Of a stretch of DNA of 64,000 nt, positions 9,834-19,538 are shown piece by piece. The position numbers and the translations under genes were made by a program. Source of the DNA: a virus (lineage: Duplodnaviria; Caudoviricetes); IMG/VR virus record IMGVR_UViG_3300032038_007781, positions 62,041 through 126,040 of that record. One strand, 5' to 3'. The number at the start of each line of letters is the position of its first letter. The first letter of the stretch is position 1. The notes beneath the pieces are model-generated. The model searched no databases, was not told the DNA's origin, and saw only the letters and a program-made list of their open reading frames with translations.

Positions 9834-11456
9834 TTACTTACAAAGTCTATGCATTAAATCAAGTGAATCAATTAAATCCTTTGATTGATAGATTTGTGTT
9901 TCGTTAATTTGTTTTGAACCTTCGACATTATACTGTCTACTTTCATCAAGATTCATAGTATCTTTTTTCTTCAAATCTCTTGAAATAGATTCATACAAAT
10001 TCTTTGACTGCTCTACTGTTTTAGCTTCCTTGCCAAATCTTGCAATGATTTCTTTCTTTTCATTCTGTGTTGTTGTGTTTTCAGAAATCAATTTAATAAT
10101 TTGACCTAAATTAAGATTAGTAACAGCAGCTTCTTCAAGAACATTCTTAAACTTACCTAAAGCTTGTTTAAGTTCTTTGTTTTCAGTGAAAATCTTGTTA
10201 GCTTTGCGAATGATTGATTCGTTTGTAACTGCACCATTGTCATCACCTTCATATTCACCAGCTGTAGATACATGATGTTGACCATAAGGATGCTTATTGC
10301 CACTTGAATTTGTTCTATGGAACTTAGTTCCTACCATTCTTGCTTTAGCACCTCTTCGTGCACCCATTTCACCAGCGCTTTCTGCGATATTAGCGTCTGC
10401 ATCACCGCCTTCAATTTCATCTTCCTCTTCAACGGTTTTGCCTTTAACACCTGTAAATGGCTGATTTTCACTTGCATTATTTTTCTTTCCTGACCAAGGT
10501 TTAGAATCCCCTCTATCTTTCAAGCCTTTAGAACCCCAATCGTTCTTGTCTTTGTCATCTGCGACCTTCAAGCCTTTTGTGTCTAATGGACTCTTACTCT
10601 GATAATTGTCAGTATAGCCAACATGTGAATCATATTCATCAAGAGCTATTTCATAAATTCTAGATTCATTCATATCATCTTCTTCGTTATCAAAGTCATC
10701 TTCATCTTCTAAATCTGCATCGTCATCGGCACTGAAATCATCTCCTTCTTCAAGTTCATCATCATCAGCACTGAAATCATTTCCTTCTTCAAGTTCATCA
10801 TCATCATCACCGAAATCTTCAGTGTCATCATCAGCAAATCCTTCAGATTCACAACCTAAGTCAACAAGGTATTCTGTACCTGCTTCGTTATCTTTAATGC
10901 TAACTTTATTATCATCAGTTTTATTAACAATAACTTGGTCATCATTATTCATTAACTTGTAAACTTTTACGATTTCATCGTCTTCCGCATTTGAGAAGTC
11001 ATACTCATCATCTGAAACCTTATATTTGTCAAACTCAGACCATTCATCACCGTCTTCGTCCTCACCAGATGCACTTGTTTCACCTGTTAAAGCACCTTCG
11101 TCATCAACACCTTCTTCTGATTCAGCATCATCAATTTCGCCATCATTGTCAGTGTCAATATCTTCAGTATCTTCAGCATCGTCAGTAGCATCGTCAGAAC
11201 CTTCTACGTCAGCTGAATCATCAGCTGTTACGTCTTCGTCTGCATCTGTTTCAGAATCTGTATCATCCACTTCTTCTACATCGTAATCCTTTTCGTCATC
11301 TTCCATAAGGATTTTAGAGTACGTGTCACGTACTGCTTCAGAAAGCAAATCCCTTACAGCAGCAGTGGTGTTCTCTTTCAATGTATTAGCAAGATTGTTG
11401 TAGTCTAATAAAGATTCCTTTACAACTTTGCTTCTTATTTTGTTATTTTTCTTCAT
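9834..11456 (-). CDS. prohead core/scaffold protein (highly acidic)
   Basis: Directly upstream of the MCP; D/E-rich; C-terminal coiled coil (ENKELKQALGKFKNVLEEAAVTNLNL); many hydrophobic-x-E putative protease sites. Confidence 0.75.
   Translation of the reverse strand: MKKNNKIRSKVVKESLLDYNNLANTLKENTTAAVRDLLSEAVRDTYSKILMEDDEKDYDVEEVDDTDSETDADEDVTADDSADVEGSDDATDDAEDTEDIDTDNDGEIDDAESEEGVDDEGALTGETSASGEDEDGDEWSEFDKYKVSDDEYDFSNAEDDEIVKVYKLMNNDDQVIVNKTDDNKVSIKDNEAGTEYLVDLGCESEGFADDDTEDFGDDDDELEEGNDFSADDDELEEGDDFSADDDADLEDEDDFDNEEDDMNESRIYEIALDEYDSHVGYTDNYQSKSPLDTKGLKVADDKDKNDWGSKGLKDRGDSKPWSGKKNNASENQPFTGVKGKTVEEEDEIEGGDADANIAESAGEMGARRGAKARMVGTKFHRTNSSGNKHPYGQHHVSTAGEYEGDDNGAVTNESIIRKANKIFTENKELKQALGKFKNVLEEAAVTNLNLGQIIKLISENTTTQNEKKEIIARFGKEAKTVEQSKNLYESISRDLKKKDTMNLDESRQYNVEGSKQINETQIYQSKDLIDSLDLMHRLCK
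10729..10806. repeat. 39-bp in-frame tandem duplication in the scaffold gene
   Basis: GCACTGAAATCAT(C/T)TCCTTCTTCAAGTTCATCATCATCA x2, encoding DDDELEEG(N/D)DFSA twice. Confidence 0.85.
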
Positions 11457-11733
11457 TTATCTGAAAAAATAAATTTTAAGTTATTTTAAATATAAATATA
11501 TAATTAAAATAAAAAATATTAAAAAAGAATGCCACAATACACAATAAATGGTACATTATATTAATTTTTATTCATTATTCCCTACTATTTACCATTTTTG
11601 TGAATTAAATAAGTTCTATTGTCTATTCAGCAAGTCAGCGTTATTTTGCCATTCTTTATTTATTTTATCAAAAATTACCTAAGATATTTTCACTATAAAA
11701 GCATATTTATTATATAGTAATAAATATTGCATT

Positions 11734-12429
11734 ATGAGTAAAAATGAATTAATAGAAATAAAGAAAGGTAAGACAGGTAAAGGACTTATTATAGATAATG
11801 ATGGATATATTTCTTTAAACGAAGGGAAAAACAGAACAATCAAAGAAGGAATAGAAGACGGTGGATGGCATGTTCCTTATCCATTTGTTGTAGATGCTGT
11901 ATTTCAGAAATTTGACATTAAAAATGCTAACGGAAGAGTATATCCTGAAGGCGTATTGAAAAAGCAAGTAGAGATTTATCAACAAAAGATAGCAGAGCAT
12001 AGGGCATATGGAGAATTAAATCACCCAGCTGAATCTACAATAGACCTTGGAAGAATATCGCATAATATCACTGAGTTGCATTGGGAAGGTAGAACGCTTG
12101 TAGGTAAAATTGAACTTAATATTACACAAGGATTTGTAAATGAAGGGATTGTTTCGACTATGGGCGATATGGCAGCTAATCTATTACTTAATGGCTATAA
12201 AATAGGTGTTTCATCAAGAGGTGTAGGTTCAGTGGAAAATAAATTAGGAACATACATGGTAGGTGATGATTTTGAACTTATATGTTGGGACATTGTTTCA
12301 GACCCTAGTACACCAGGTGCTTATATTGGGCAAAGAGAAGATTTACAACAATATGTAGAAAACAAAAATCAAAATAAACCATTAGTAAATGAAAAAATAG
12401 AGCGAATAAAAAACATTCTTAAATCATAA
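11734..12429 (+). CDS. prohead core protease, T4 gp21-like
   Basis: KNANGRVYP, GELNHP, ISHNI, GVSSRGVGS, WDIVSDPSTPGA. Confidence 0.92.
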   Translation: MSKNELIEIKKGKTGKGLIIDNDGYISLNEGKNRTIKEGIEDGGWHVPYPFVVDAVFQKFDIKNANGRVYPEGVLKKQVEIYQQKIAEHRAYGELNHPAESTIDLGRISHNITELHWEGRTLVGKIELNITQGFVNEGIVSTMGDMAANLLLNGYKIGVSSRGVGSVENKLGTYMVGDDFELICWDIVSDPSTPGAYIGQREDLQQYVENKNQNKPLVNEKIERIKNILKS

Positions 12430-12454
12430 TAATAAAAAAAAACAAGAAACTTAT

Positions 12455-12808
12455 TTAAGTTTCTTGTTTTTTTATTTGGTCTTCATACTGACTTTGCAAA
12501 TCTTCGGCAGTATATAGCAAATTTTCAGCTTGATTTGTTTTTCTATCAACAAATGACAATATTTCATCTAAATATAACAAGTAATCAGAAGCTTTCCTAT
12601 TGCCTTTGGATTCATAATGTGATAGCATATCGTATAACGTGCTAATACTTGTATCATAATATTTATCATACAATATGCTACCATTAGTATGACTTAACGG
12701 ATAACTTTCCTGTGATGCTGACTTAATAGTATCTAAAGAAAGTTCATTTAAACTTTTTCTAATCGACTCACTGATTAGTGAATGCAATCTTTTTTTATTT
12801 TCTTTCAT
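12455..12808 (-). CDS. hypothetical protein with leader-like N-terminus
   Basis: LHSLISESIRKSLNE resembles the shared leader. Confidence 0.6.
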   Translation of the reverse strand: MKENKKRLHSLISESIRKSLNELSLDTIKSASQESYPLSHTNGSILYDKYYDTSISTLYDMLSHYESKGNRKASDYLLYLDEILSFVDRKTNQAENLLYTAEDLQSQYEDQIKKQET

Positions 12809-12822
12809 TTCATTTAATTGTT

Positions 12823-13143
12823 TTAGAAATTATTATATAATTCATTGTCAGTAAGCATATGGTCATCATCGTCAATATATTGGTCTGCTTCTAAATCACT
12901 TAAATAATCCTGCATATCATCGTTATCATACTGATTTCCTATAAAATTTGTATAGTCATCATAATCATCATCAGTCATACCATTATATTCTTCATAGCCA
13001 CGAATGCCGTTTTCAATATCATCATTACCAGCTTCGTTTATCCTTTTATTTCCTTTACTACCAATTTCGTTGACAATGCGTCTAACACTATTTTCTATAA
13101 TTCTATGTAAATCACCTTCAGCTAACCTAATTAATTTCTTCAT
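12823..13143 (-). CDS. putative internal head protein (MKKLIRLAEGDLHRIIE leader), acidic
   Basis: Shared leader; ATATTTAT motif at 13162-13169. Confidence 0.7.
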   Translation of the reverse strand: MKKLIRLAEGDLHRIIENSVRRIVNEIGSKGNKRINEAGNDDIENGIRGYEEYNGMTDDDYDDYTNFIGNQYDNDDMQDYLSDLEADQYIDDDDHMLTDNELYNNF

Positions 13144-13172
13144 GACAATTTATTTTTAGTAATAAATATCTA

Positions 13173-13601
13173 TTATTTACGTTTTGTAACCCTAAATTCA
13201 TTTTCATTTAATAAATTGTATAGCATATTAACCATTGTTGGGAAACGTTCGTATAATTTTGCGTCTTTTAATGTGTATAATGAATTAGATTTTTGTCTTA
13301 AAAAAACATTAAATGATAAAAATTTTTTTTCATCAATTTTCATATTTTCAGTGTTAACATCAAAATCTAAAATAAATTTTGAAGAGTATACTTCATTTGA
13401 AATGAGTAATTTACTAACACCTTTCCTAAATTGCGCTTTTATATTATCAATGTGTGCTGTATAATCACCTTCAAATAAAGGGGAAATCCAACACTTGCCT
13501 TCAATATAAATTACTTTAGGGTTATTTTTGTCAACTGAACCATATTTTACTGATATGCTGTCTGAAATATTTAATTTAAATTCTTTACTCAATCGTTCCA
13601 T
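13173..13601 (-). CDS. hypothetical protein in the head module
   Basis: 142-aa ORF with its own AT-rich promoter-like upstream region. Confidence 0.65.
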   Translation of the reverse strand: MERLSKEFKLNISDSISVKYGSVDKNNPKVIYIEGKCWISPLFEGDYTAHIDNIKAQFRKGVSKLLISNEVYSSKFILDFDVNTENMKIDEKKFLSFNVFLRQKSNSLYTLKDAKLYERFPTMVNMLYNLLNENEFRVTKRK

Positions 13602-13692
13602 TATATTTTATATTATATATAAAATATAATATTTTTTTTGAAAGTGTCAAATAAAAAAAAACACTAACCATTACGGTTAGTGCTTATATATT

Positions 13693-14199
13693 TTATTTAT
13701 CCATTGCCCTATTAAGGCTACCTTTTCGATGAAGTGGTCTCGAATCTGCCATTTTAGAGTATTTTTCCATATCTTTGGTGTTCTGCCACTGCTTATCTAA
13801 TTTATTTTTAAAACGCTGCATTTGCATTTTTTGCAATTCTTCATCAGCATCTAATGACCAATCTTGGTTATGCGCAGGGTTTCCAAAACCATCGCTGTTA
13901 GTCCATTCAGCTGAAGGATAAAGCTCACCATCTTGGTAGTAAGCATGGTCCCCTTTTTCCCAGTCAGAGAATGCATCAGTTGTCCTATCGAGTGTGTGCA
14001 GCCTTTCTTTGTTTGGAATCGGGTCAAAAATTCCATATCTATCGCCGTCAAAATTTGAAGCGTATTCTGGGTATGCATTAATTCTATCTTCTGGTCTACC
14101 CATAGGGTTAGGATATTTTCCTTCTTTCAAGACTCTTTTTACTGACCTTTCTATGATTCTATGTAAATCACCTTCAGTTAACCTAATTAATTTCTTCAT
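13693..14199 (-). CDS. putative internal head protein (MKKLIRLTEGDLHRIIE leader)
   Basis: Shared leader; start placed at the second Met (14199). Confidence 0.7.
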   Translation of the reverse strand: MKKLIRLTEGDLHRIIERSVKRVLKEGKYPNPMGRPEDRINAYPEYASNFDGDRYGIFDPIPNKERLHTLDRTTDAFSDWEKGDHAYYQDGELYPSAEWTNSDGFGNPAHNQDWSLDADEELQKMQMQRFKNKLDKQWQNTKDMEKYSKMADSRPLHRKGSLNRAMDK

Positions 14200-14201
14200 A
14201 A

Positions 14202-15152
14202 TCACATATATTTTTTATTATCATTATCACTCAATACAGCGCCTACTTCAAGCAATTTTGCTGTGTCTTTAATTATTGATTCTTTGCAATACGCCATGGA
14301 AGAAATTTCTTCTTTAATGGACTGCAAGTCATGTTTTTCTTCTTCAGATGATTCATTAATCATCTTATTAATTATGCCAAGGCATTTTTCTTTCAAATCA
14401 TTGAAAAATTTCATTTGTCTTTTTTCTGCAATTGATGAATTGGAATTAATAATATCCTGTACTAAAGATTTTTCTTCTTCAGATAACATTGCCATTTTCT
14501 TATCAAAATCTTCGGTGATTTTTTTAATACTTACTTTATTTTCATCAATTTCCTTTTTATTTGCAACAATGTAGTTTTCAACAATTGTCCTTTGTTTTGC
14601 TAATTCAGAAAGATTATTTAAATTCTTCTTATGTGTGAGCAAATAAGTACCTGCATTGAAAAAATTTTCTTTATTTTCTGATATTAACTCATCAGGTCTA
14701 ACATTATGTGATAGCATAAGTTTACCTAATTTTTTATTAGATTCTTTCAATGTTTTAGGATTAATGTTTTTTGAAGCTAAATTAAGCGATTCATTAATAT
14801 ATTCTTTAGCATCTATGCTACCATCATAATTCTTCATCGCTTCAAAAAACTGTAATTGTGCTTTAATGTTAGAATCTTCTTTAATAAGTTTTAAAATGTC
14901 ACCAACAGCCTTTTTATTTTTAACAAATAATGTTGGTAAAACTGATTCAAACATTGACCCCAATTCAGCAGCAGTAGAATTAGCTATAGATGTTTCATAA
15001 TCTGCTTCATCTTTATATTGCTTGTATGCTTCATTGGCCCTCTGTTGCATAATATCAGCTACTTCTGTATCACCTTTTTTCATAGCTGATGCCCATGCCT
15101 TCATGGCTTTTTCCCATTCTCCAAGCAACTTATTTTTATTGTCATTTTTCAT
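14202..15152 (-). CDS. helical head-module protein
   Basis: 316-aa ORF between portal and protease; ATATTTAT motif at 15174-15181. Confidence 0.7.
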   Translation of the reverse strand: MKNDNKNKLLGEWEKAMKAWASAMKKGDTEVADIMQQRANEAYKQYKDEADYETSIANSTAAELGSMFESVLPTLFVKNKKAVGDILKLIKEDSNIKAQLQFFEAMKNYDGSIDAKEYINESLNLASKNINPKTLKESNKKLGKLMLSHNVRPDELISENKENFFNAGTYLLTHKKNLNNLSELAKQRTIVENYIVANKKEIDENKVSIKKITEDFDKKMAMLSEEEKSLVQDIINSNSSIAEKRQMKFFNDLKEKCLGIINKMINESSEEEKHDLQSIKEEISSMAYCKESIIKDTAKLLEVGAVLSDNDNKKYM

Positions 15153-15180
15153 TATAAAACGTTTTATTATATAATAAATA

Positions 15181-15212
15181 TTTGGCTATTAAAAAAAATA
15201 TTGATATATTTG
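15181..15212 (+). promoter_or_regulatory. Bacteroidetes-type promoter, probably giving a near-leaderless mRNA
   Basis: TTTG-N20-TATATTTG ending 4 nt before the ATG at 15217. Confidence 0.65.
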
Positions 15213-15216
15213 ATAC

Positions 15217-16200
15217 ATGAATAAAGAAGAGATTAGACAACGTAACGAAAAGATATTTTGGGATAAAATGAAAGCATACCCATATGATTATGATTTCAGC
15301 AAAGTTAACTACGTTAATGCAAATAAAAAAGTTGAAATTATATGTCCAATACATGGTTCTTTTTTTGCTTGCCCTAAGCATTTAGTTTTAGAACATACAG
15401 GATGCCCTAAATGCAGAAATGATAAATTTAGAAACACTAAAGATACATTTATCAAACGTGTTAATGACGTATTTAATAGTAAATATGATTTAAGTAAATT
15501 TGTGTACACCAATAATAAAGCTAAAAGCATAGTTATTTGTCCTGAACATGGTGAGTTTTTAGCAAGCCCACATTCATTATACCAAGGTAAGGCCTGCCCT
15601 ATATGTGGAAGGTTAAAAAGCAACAAAGAAGAAATGATTACTGAAAAAGAATGGATAGAAAGATTTAATAAAATCCATAAAGGTAAGTATGATTATTCTT
15701 TAATGAAATATAAAGGGTATAAAGAAAAAATAGAAATAATATGCCCACAACATGGTATTTTTTTGCAAACGCCAGATAACCATTATAGGGGAAAGGGTTG
15801 CCCTGTATGTAACAGTAGCAAGATGGAATCTGAAGTTAGAGAATTTTTAACTGAAAATAACTTTAATTTCATAGAACAAAAACGTTTTAAATGGTTAGGT
15901 TTCCAATCTTTGGATTTCTTCTTACCAGAATATAACATAGCAATTGAATGCCAAGGTGCTCAACATTTTAACAGCATAGAAATATTTGAAAAAAAAATTA
16001 CACTTAATGATAGAATAAAACTTGATGTTAATAAAAATAAGCAATGCATTAAAAATAGCATAAAAGTACTTTATGTCATAAATATGAATGATTTGAAAAT
16101 AGCGTTAAGTGACTTATGCTGTGGGATATATGATAATAATTTTATACTACGAGAAAATTTGGGCATACTTTTAAAAAAAATAAAAAAAGAAGAGGATTAA
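15217..16200 (+). CDS. zinc-repeat PD-(D/E)xK (Vsr/DUF559-like) homing-endonuclease-like protein
   Basis: 3 repeats YDxSK...CPxHG...GCPxC; QSLDFFLPEYNIAIECQGAQH. Confidence 0.75.
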   Translation: MNKEEIRQRNEKIFWDKMKAYPYDYDFSKVNYVNANKKVEIICPIHGSFFACPKHLVLEHTGCPKCRNDKFRNTKDTFIKRVNDVFNSKYDLSKFVYTNNKAKSIVICPEHGEFLASPHSLYQGKACPICGRLKSNKEEMITEKEWIERFNKIHKGKYDYSLMKYKGYKEKIEIICPQHGIFLQTPDNHYRGKGCPVCNSSKMESEVREFLTENNFNFIEQKRFKWLGFQSLDFFLPEYNIAIECQGAQHFNSIEIFEKKITLNDRIKLDVNKNKQCIKNSIKVLYVINMNDLKIALSDLCCGIYDNNFILRENLGILLKKIKKEED

Positions 16201-18288
16201 TTAATCCCCTTCTTTTTTATTATTTAATTTATTATCAAGATTTGATATCATCCTATTAAATTCTTCATTAATCATAAGTGATTTATCATAGATAGCAGTT
16301 CTTTCTATTCTTGCTTCATCTTTCCTCTTTTTTTCATCTTCATTAAGGTGCTTAAAATATTGTGCAAACAATAAATCAACCTTTGCTTCATTATGTTTTA
16401 CAGGGGTACGATATTTCACTTTTTTAACTTCATTAATAAGTGGTTTATATTTATTAACGCCTTCCATAGGAGGTGCAGCGCCCATATCATCAGTTCCACC
16501 ACCCATATCCATAGTTGGTTCAGAACCTTCATTACCTGCAATTTCACCTTCATCTTCAGCACCAGGAGCACCAAGTGAATCTAATTCAGAACCGAAGTCA
16601 CCACCTCCAGCTGGCATACCGCCACCTCCTCCAAGGCCGCCACCCATGCCATCGTCACCTTGTTGCTGTACATCATCTTGATATTCAGCACCTGGCTCAC
16701 CATACATTCTGTCAACTGTATCAAATACACCTGTACGTTTAATGATTTGAGATGTTTTTTCAAGTTCAGCAGCAATTGCCTTTTCAAGACGAATTTCTTC
16801 AAGGTTGTCTTTAATATCTTTGTCAGACCATTTCATGATTTCTTTCAACGCCCTTGTTTGTGACATTATAGGTATACCATTACCTGGGTCAGATATAGCG
16901 TCTCTCGCAGCACTAATTTTTTTCTGAATATTATCAATTTCAAGTTGTTCTGCTTGTGTGGATGGATTTGTCATCGACAAGCTAAAGTTTGTTAAGTCAT
17001 CAGTAAACCCTAACAAATACAAATGAATCGAAGCGACTTTAGTTAATTCCATCAAAAATGCTTGCTGAATCTTATTAACAGTTCTTGTGAATCTAATATC
17101 TTCAAGAGCCAAGTTCTTGCCATCACCTTGCGCTTCTTCAAAGTTCAAAAATGCCTTAGGAATTCTTAACGCAGTGCAAACCTTATTCTGTACAAACTTG
17201 ATGTCATCCATTGCAGTCAAGTTTTGCGCAGCAGACAACGTATCAATAGGTGTTGGTGCATTTTGGTCACGTACAGGGATGAAGATATCTTGGTCTACCG
17301 ATAATATATTTTTTCTTAAATCTATTTGTCCTGTCATTGGGTCAATAATAGGTGCACGTTTGAAATTATTAGCAATATTTTCAACATATGCCTGTACGTC
17401 AGCATCATCAATAGCACCTACATAAATCTTATACACACGCCTTTCAATAGAACGTTCCAAACGATATATAAGCATCATATCTTCCATTAAGGAGAGCATC
17501 CTCCAGTGTCTTCTAGCAGAATTAAGAAAACTGGCTCCATAGGGCAAATAGATTGAATTTGTCATCAATCTAAAATGTGCTATTTGCCAATTTCTAAATG
17601 GTACTTGTGAATTACTTTCATCAAGCCAAACGAATTTTGTGGAAGTGTCAATCTTGCTTGAATCTGATTGTGTAGATACAGCCATAGATACGCCTGTTCC
17701 ATAAGGATTCATAACGCCATTTTCAATACGTTCAACGTTAAACACTGGCAATTGTTTCCAACCCTTAACACCAAGCTTATTGTCAATATCAAGCAGCATA
17801 AACTGATTACCATATTTACACATAGCTCTAATAACCATAGGTGCGGTTACCTGTAAATTTAACCTATTCACAAACAAATCTTCAAGAATTGATTTGATTC
17901 TGTCAGATTTAGATGATACAGTTACAATTTGACCTTTAGCATCTAAACATGTAGATTCTTCAGACACAATATCTAATGCAGCACCAATTTCAGGAAAGGA
18001 GTCCATAAGGTCGCAATCACGATACATTAGTTTTACATTATTGAGTCCTGAATATGCTGTTACTGACAGGTCTACATTAGCCTTAATCCATCTTTTTTTA
18101 AGATAACTATTTTGCTGTAATTCAAGTTTCTTTTCTTCATAATCAGCCTTATTAGTAGTTCTATATAGAATTCCTTTATCAGCAGTTGACATATCATATG
18201 AGTTAATATGCGGTGCAGATGCTTCAACATTCCAATTACCACTAAAAGCTTTATCAAGATTTTGGAATATAGTATGATTTCTTGCCAT
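16201..18288 (-). CDS. portal protein, T4 gp20-like
   Basis: MDSFPEIGAALDIVSEES; LMEDMMLIYRLERSIERRVYKIYVG; DIFIPVR; IDTLSAAQNL; EDIRFTRTV. Confidence 0.92.
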   Translation of the reverse strand: MARNHTIFQNLDKAFSGNWNVEASAPHINSYDMSTADKGILYRTTNKADYEEKKLELQQNSYLKKRWIKANVDLSVTAYSGLNNVKLMYRDCDLMDSFPEIGAALDIVSEESTCLDAKGQIVTVSSKSDRIKSILEDLFVNRLNLQVTAPMVIRAMCKYGNQFMLLDIDNKLGVKGWKQLPVFNVERIENGVMNPYGTGVSMAVSTQSDSSKIDTSTKFVWLDESNSQVPFRNWQIAHFRLMTNSIYLPYGASFLNSARRHWRMLSLMEDMMLIYRLERSIERRVYKIYVGAIDDADVQAYVENIANNFKRAPIIDPMTGQIDLRKNILSVDQDIFIPVRDQNAPTPIDTLSAAQNLTAMDDIKFVQNKVCTALRIPKAFLNFEEAQGDGKNLALEDIRFTRTVNKIQQAFLMELTKVASIHLYLLGFTDDLTNFSLSMTNPSTQAEQLEIDNIQKKISAARDAISDPGNGIPIMSQTRALKEIMKWSDKDIKDNLEEIRLEKAIAAELEKTSQIIKRTGVFDTVDRMYGEPGAEYQDDVQQQGDDGMGGGLGGGGGMPAGGGDFGSELDSLGAPGAEDEGEIAGNEGSEPTMDMGGGTDDMGAAPPMEGVNKYKPLINEVKKVKYRTPVKHNEAKVDLLFAQYFKHLNEDEKKRKDEARIERTAIYDKSLMINEEFNRMISNLDNKLNNKKEGD

Positions 18289-18380
18289 TTTTTAATATTA
18301 ATAATTAAATTATATAAATATTTTCATTTAAATAAATATCTTTATTATGTATTTTAATATATTTTATATATATTTACGCT

Positions 18381-19499
18381 ATGGTTAAAAGATTAACAAC
18401 TGAAGAATTTATAAAAAGGTCTAATATAATTCATTCGAACAAGTATAACTACTCAAAAACTAATTATATCAATGCAAGGACTAAGGTATGTATAATATGT
18501 CCAGAACACGGAGAATTTTATGTTTTACCAAATTCTCATTTACAGGGCTATGGGTGCAAGAAATGTGCAGATGCTTTAAAAAGTTCTTCAACTGAAGAAT
18601 TTATTAAAAAGGCTAAAGAAAAGCATGGCGATGCATATGATTATGATAAAGTCAATTATGTAAATGCAAGAACTAAAGTAATTATAACTTGCAAAAAATG
18701 TGGTAATAGCTTTTTGCAAAAGCCGAATTCGCACCTTAATGGATGCGGGTGTCCGTATTGTAATGGTACAAAACATTTATCAACAGAAGAATTCATAGAA
18801 AAATCTAAAGCTATACACGGCAATAAATATGATTATTCAAAAACTAAATATGTAAGTGAAAATTCAAAAATTAAAATAATATGCCCAAAACACGGTGAAT
18901 TTTATCAGCGCCCTTATGACCACATGGTTGGATGTGGGTGTGATAAATGTGGTGGTACTAAAAAATTAACCACAGAAGAATTTATTAAAAAGGCAAAAGA
19001 AGTCCATGGCAATAAATACGATTATAGGAATGTTAAATATAAAAGCTATAAAGATAATGTTGCAATTTTATGCCCAAAGCATGGTGAATTCTATCAACTT
19101 CCATCAGAGCATCTTAGAGGGCATGGATGCCCTTTATGCAATGAGAGTACACTTGAAAGAGAAATTAAAGATAAACTACAGGAATTATCAATAGAGTATG
19201 TATACCAAAAAAAGTTTGATTGGTTAAAACCTCAATCGTTAGATTTTTATTTGCCAAAATATAATATAGCTATAGAATGCCAAGGAGAGCAGCACTTTAA
19301 ATCCGTTGACCACTTTGGAGGTGTAGAAGGATTTGTTAAACGTTTAAAGTTAGATGGGTTAAAGCAAAAAAAATGCCTTGAAAATGGAGTTAGATTGTTG
19401 TACTATACAAATCCAAAATACAAACTATTTAAATTCTTATATAATTCCAAAAATACTATATTAGATATAAATGACCTATTGAACTTTATTAAATTGTAA
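18381..19499 (+). CDS. zinc-repeat PD-(D/E)xK homing-endonuclease-like protein
   Basis: 4 repeats TTEEFIKK...GCPxC; QSLDFYLPKYNIAIECQGEQH. Confidence 0.75.
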   Translation: MVKRLTTEEFIKRSNIIHSNKYNYSKTNYINARTKVCIICPEHGEFYVLPNSHLQGYGCKKCADALKSSSTEEFIKKAKEKHGDAYDYDKVNYVNARTKVIITCKKCGNSFLQKPNSHLNGCGCPYCNGTKHLSTEEFIEKSKAIHGNKYDYSKTKYVSENSKIKIICPKHGEFYQRPYDHMVGCGCDKCGGTKKLTTEEFIKKAKEVHGNKYDYRNVKYKSYKDNVAILCPKHGEFYQLPSEHLRGHGCPLCNESTLEREIKDKLQELSIEYVYQKKFDWLKPQSLDFYLPKYNIAIECQGEQHFKSVDHFGGVEGFVKRLKLDGLKQKKCLENGVRLLYYTNPKYKLFKFLYNSKNTILDINDLLNFIKL

Positions 19500-19538
19500 A
19501 AAATAAGGTGATGATATATAACGTCACCACCTTATTCA

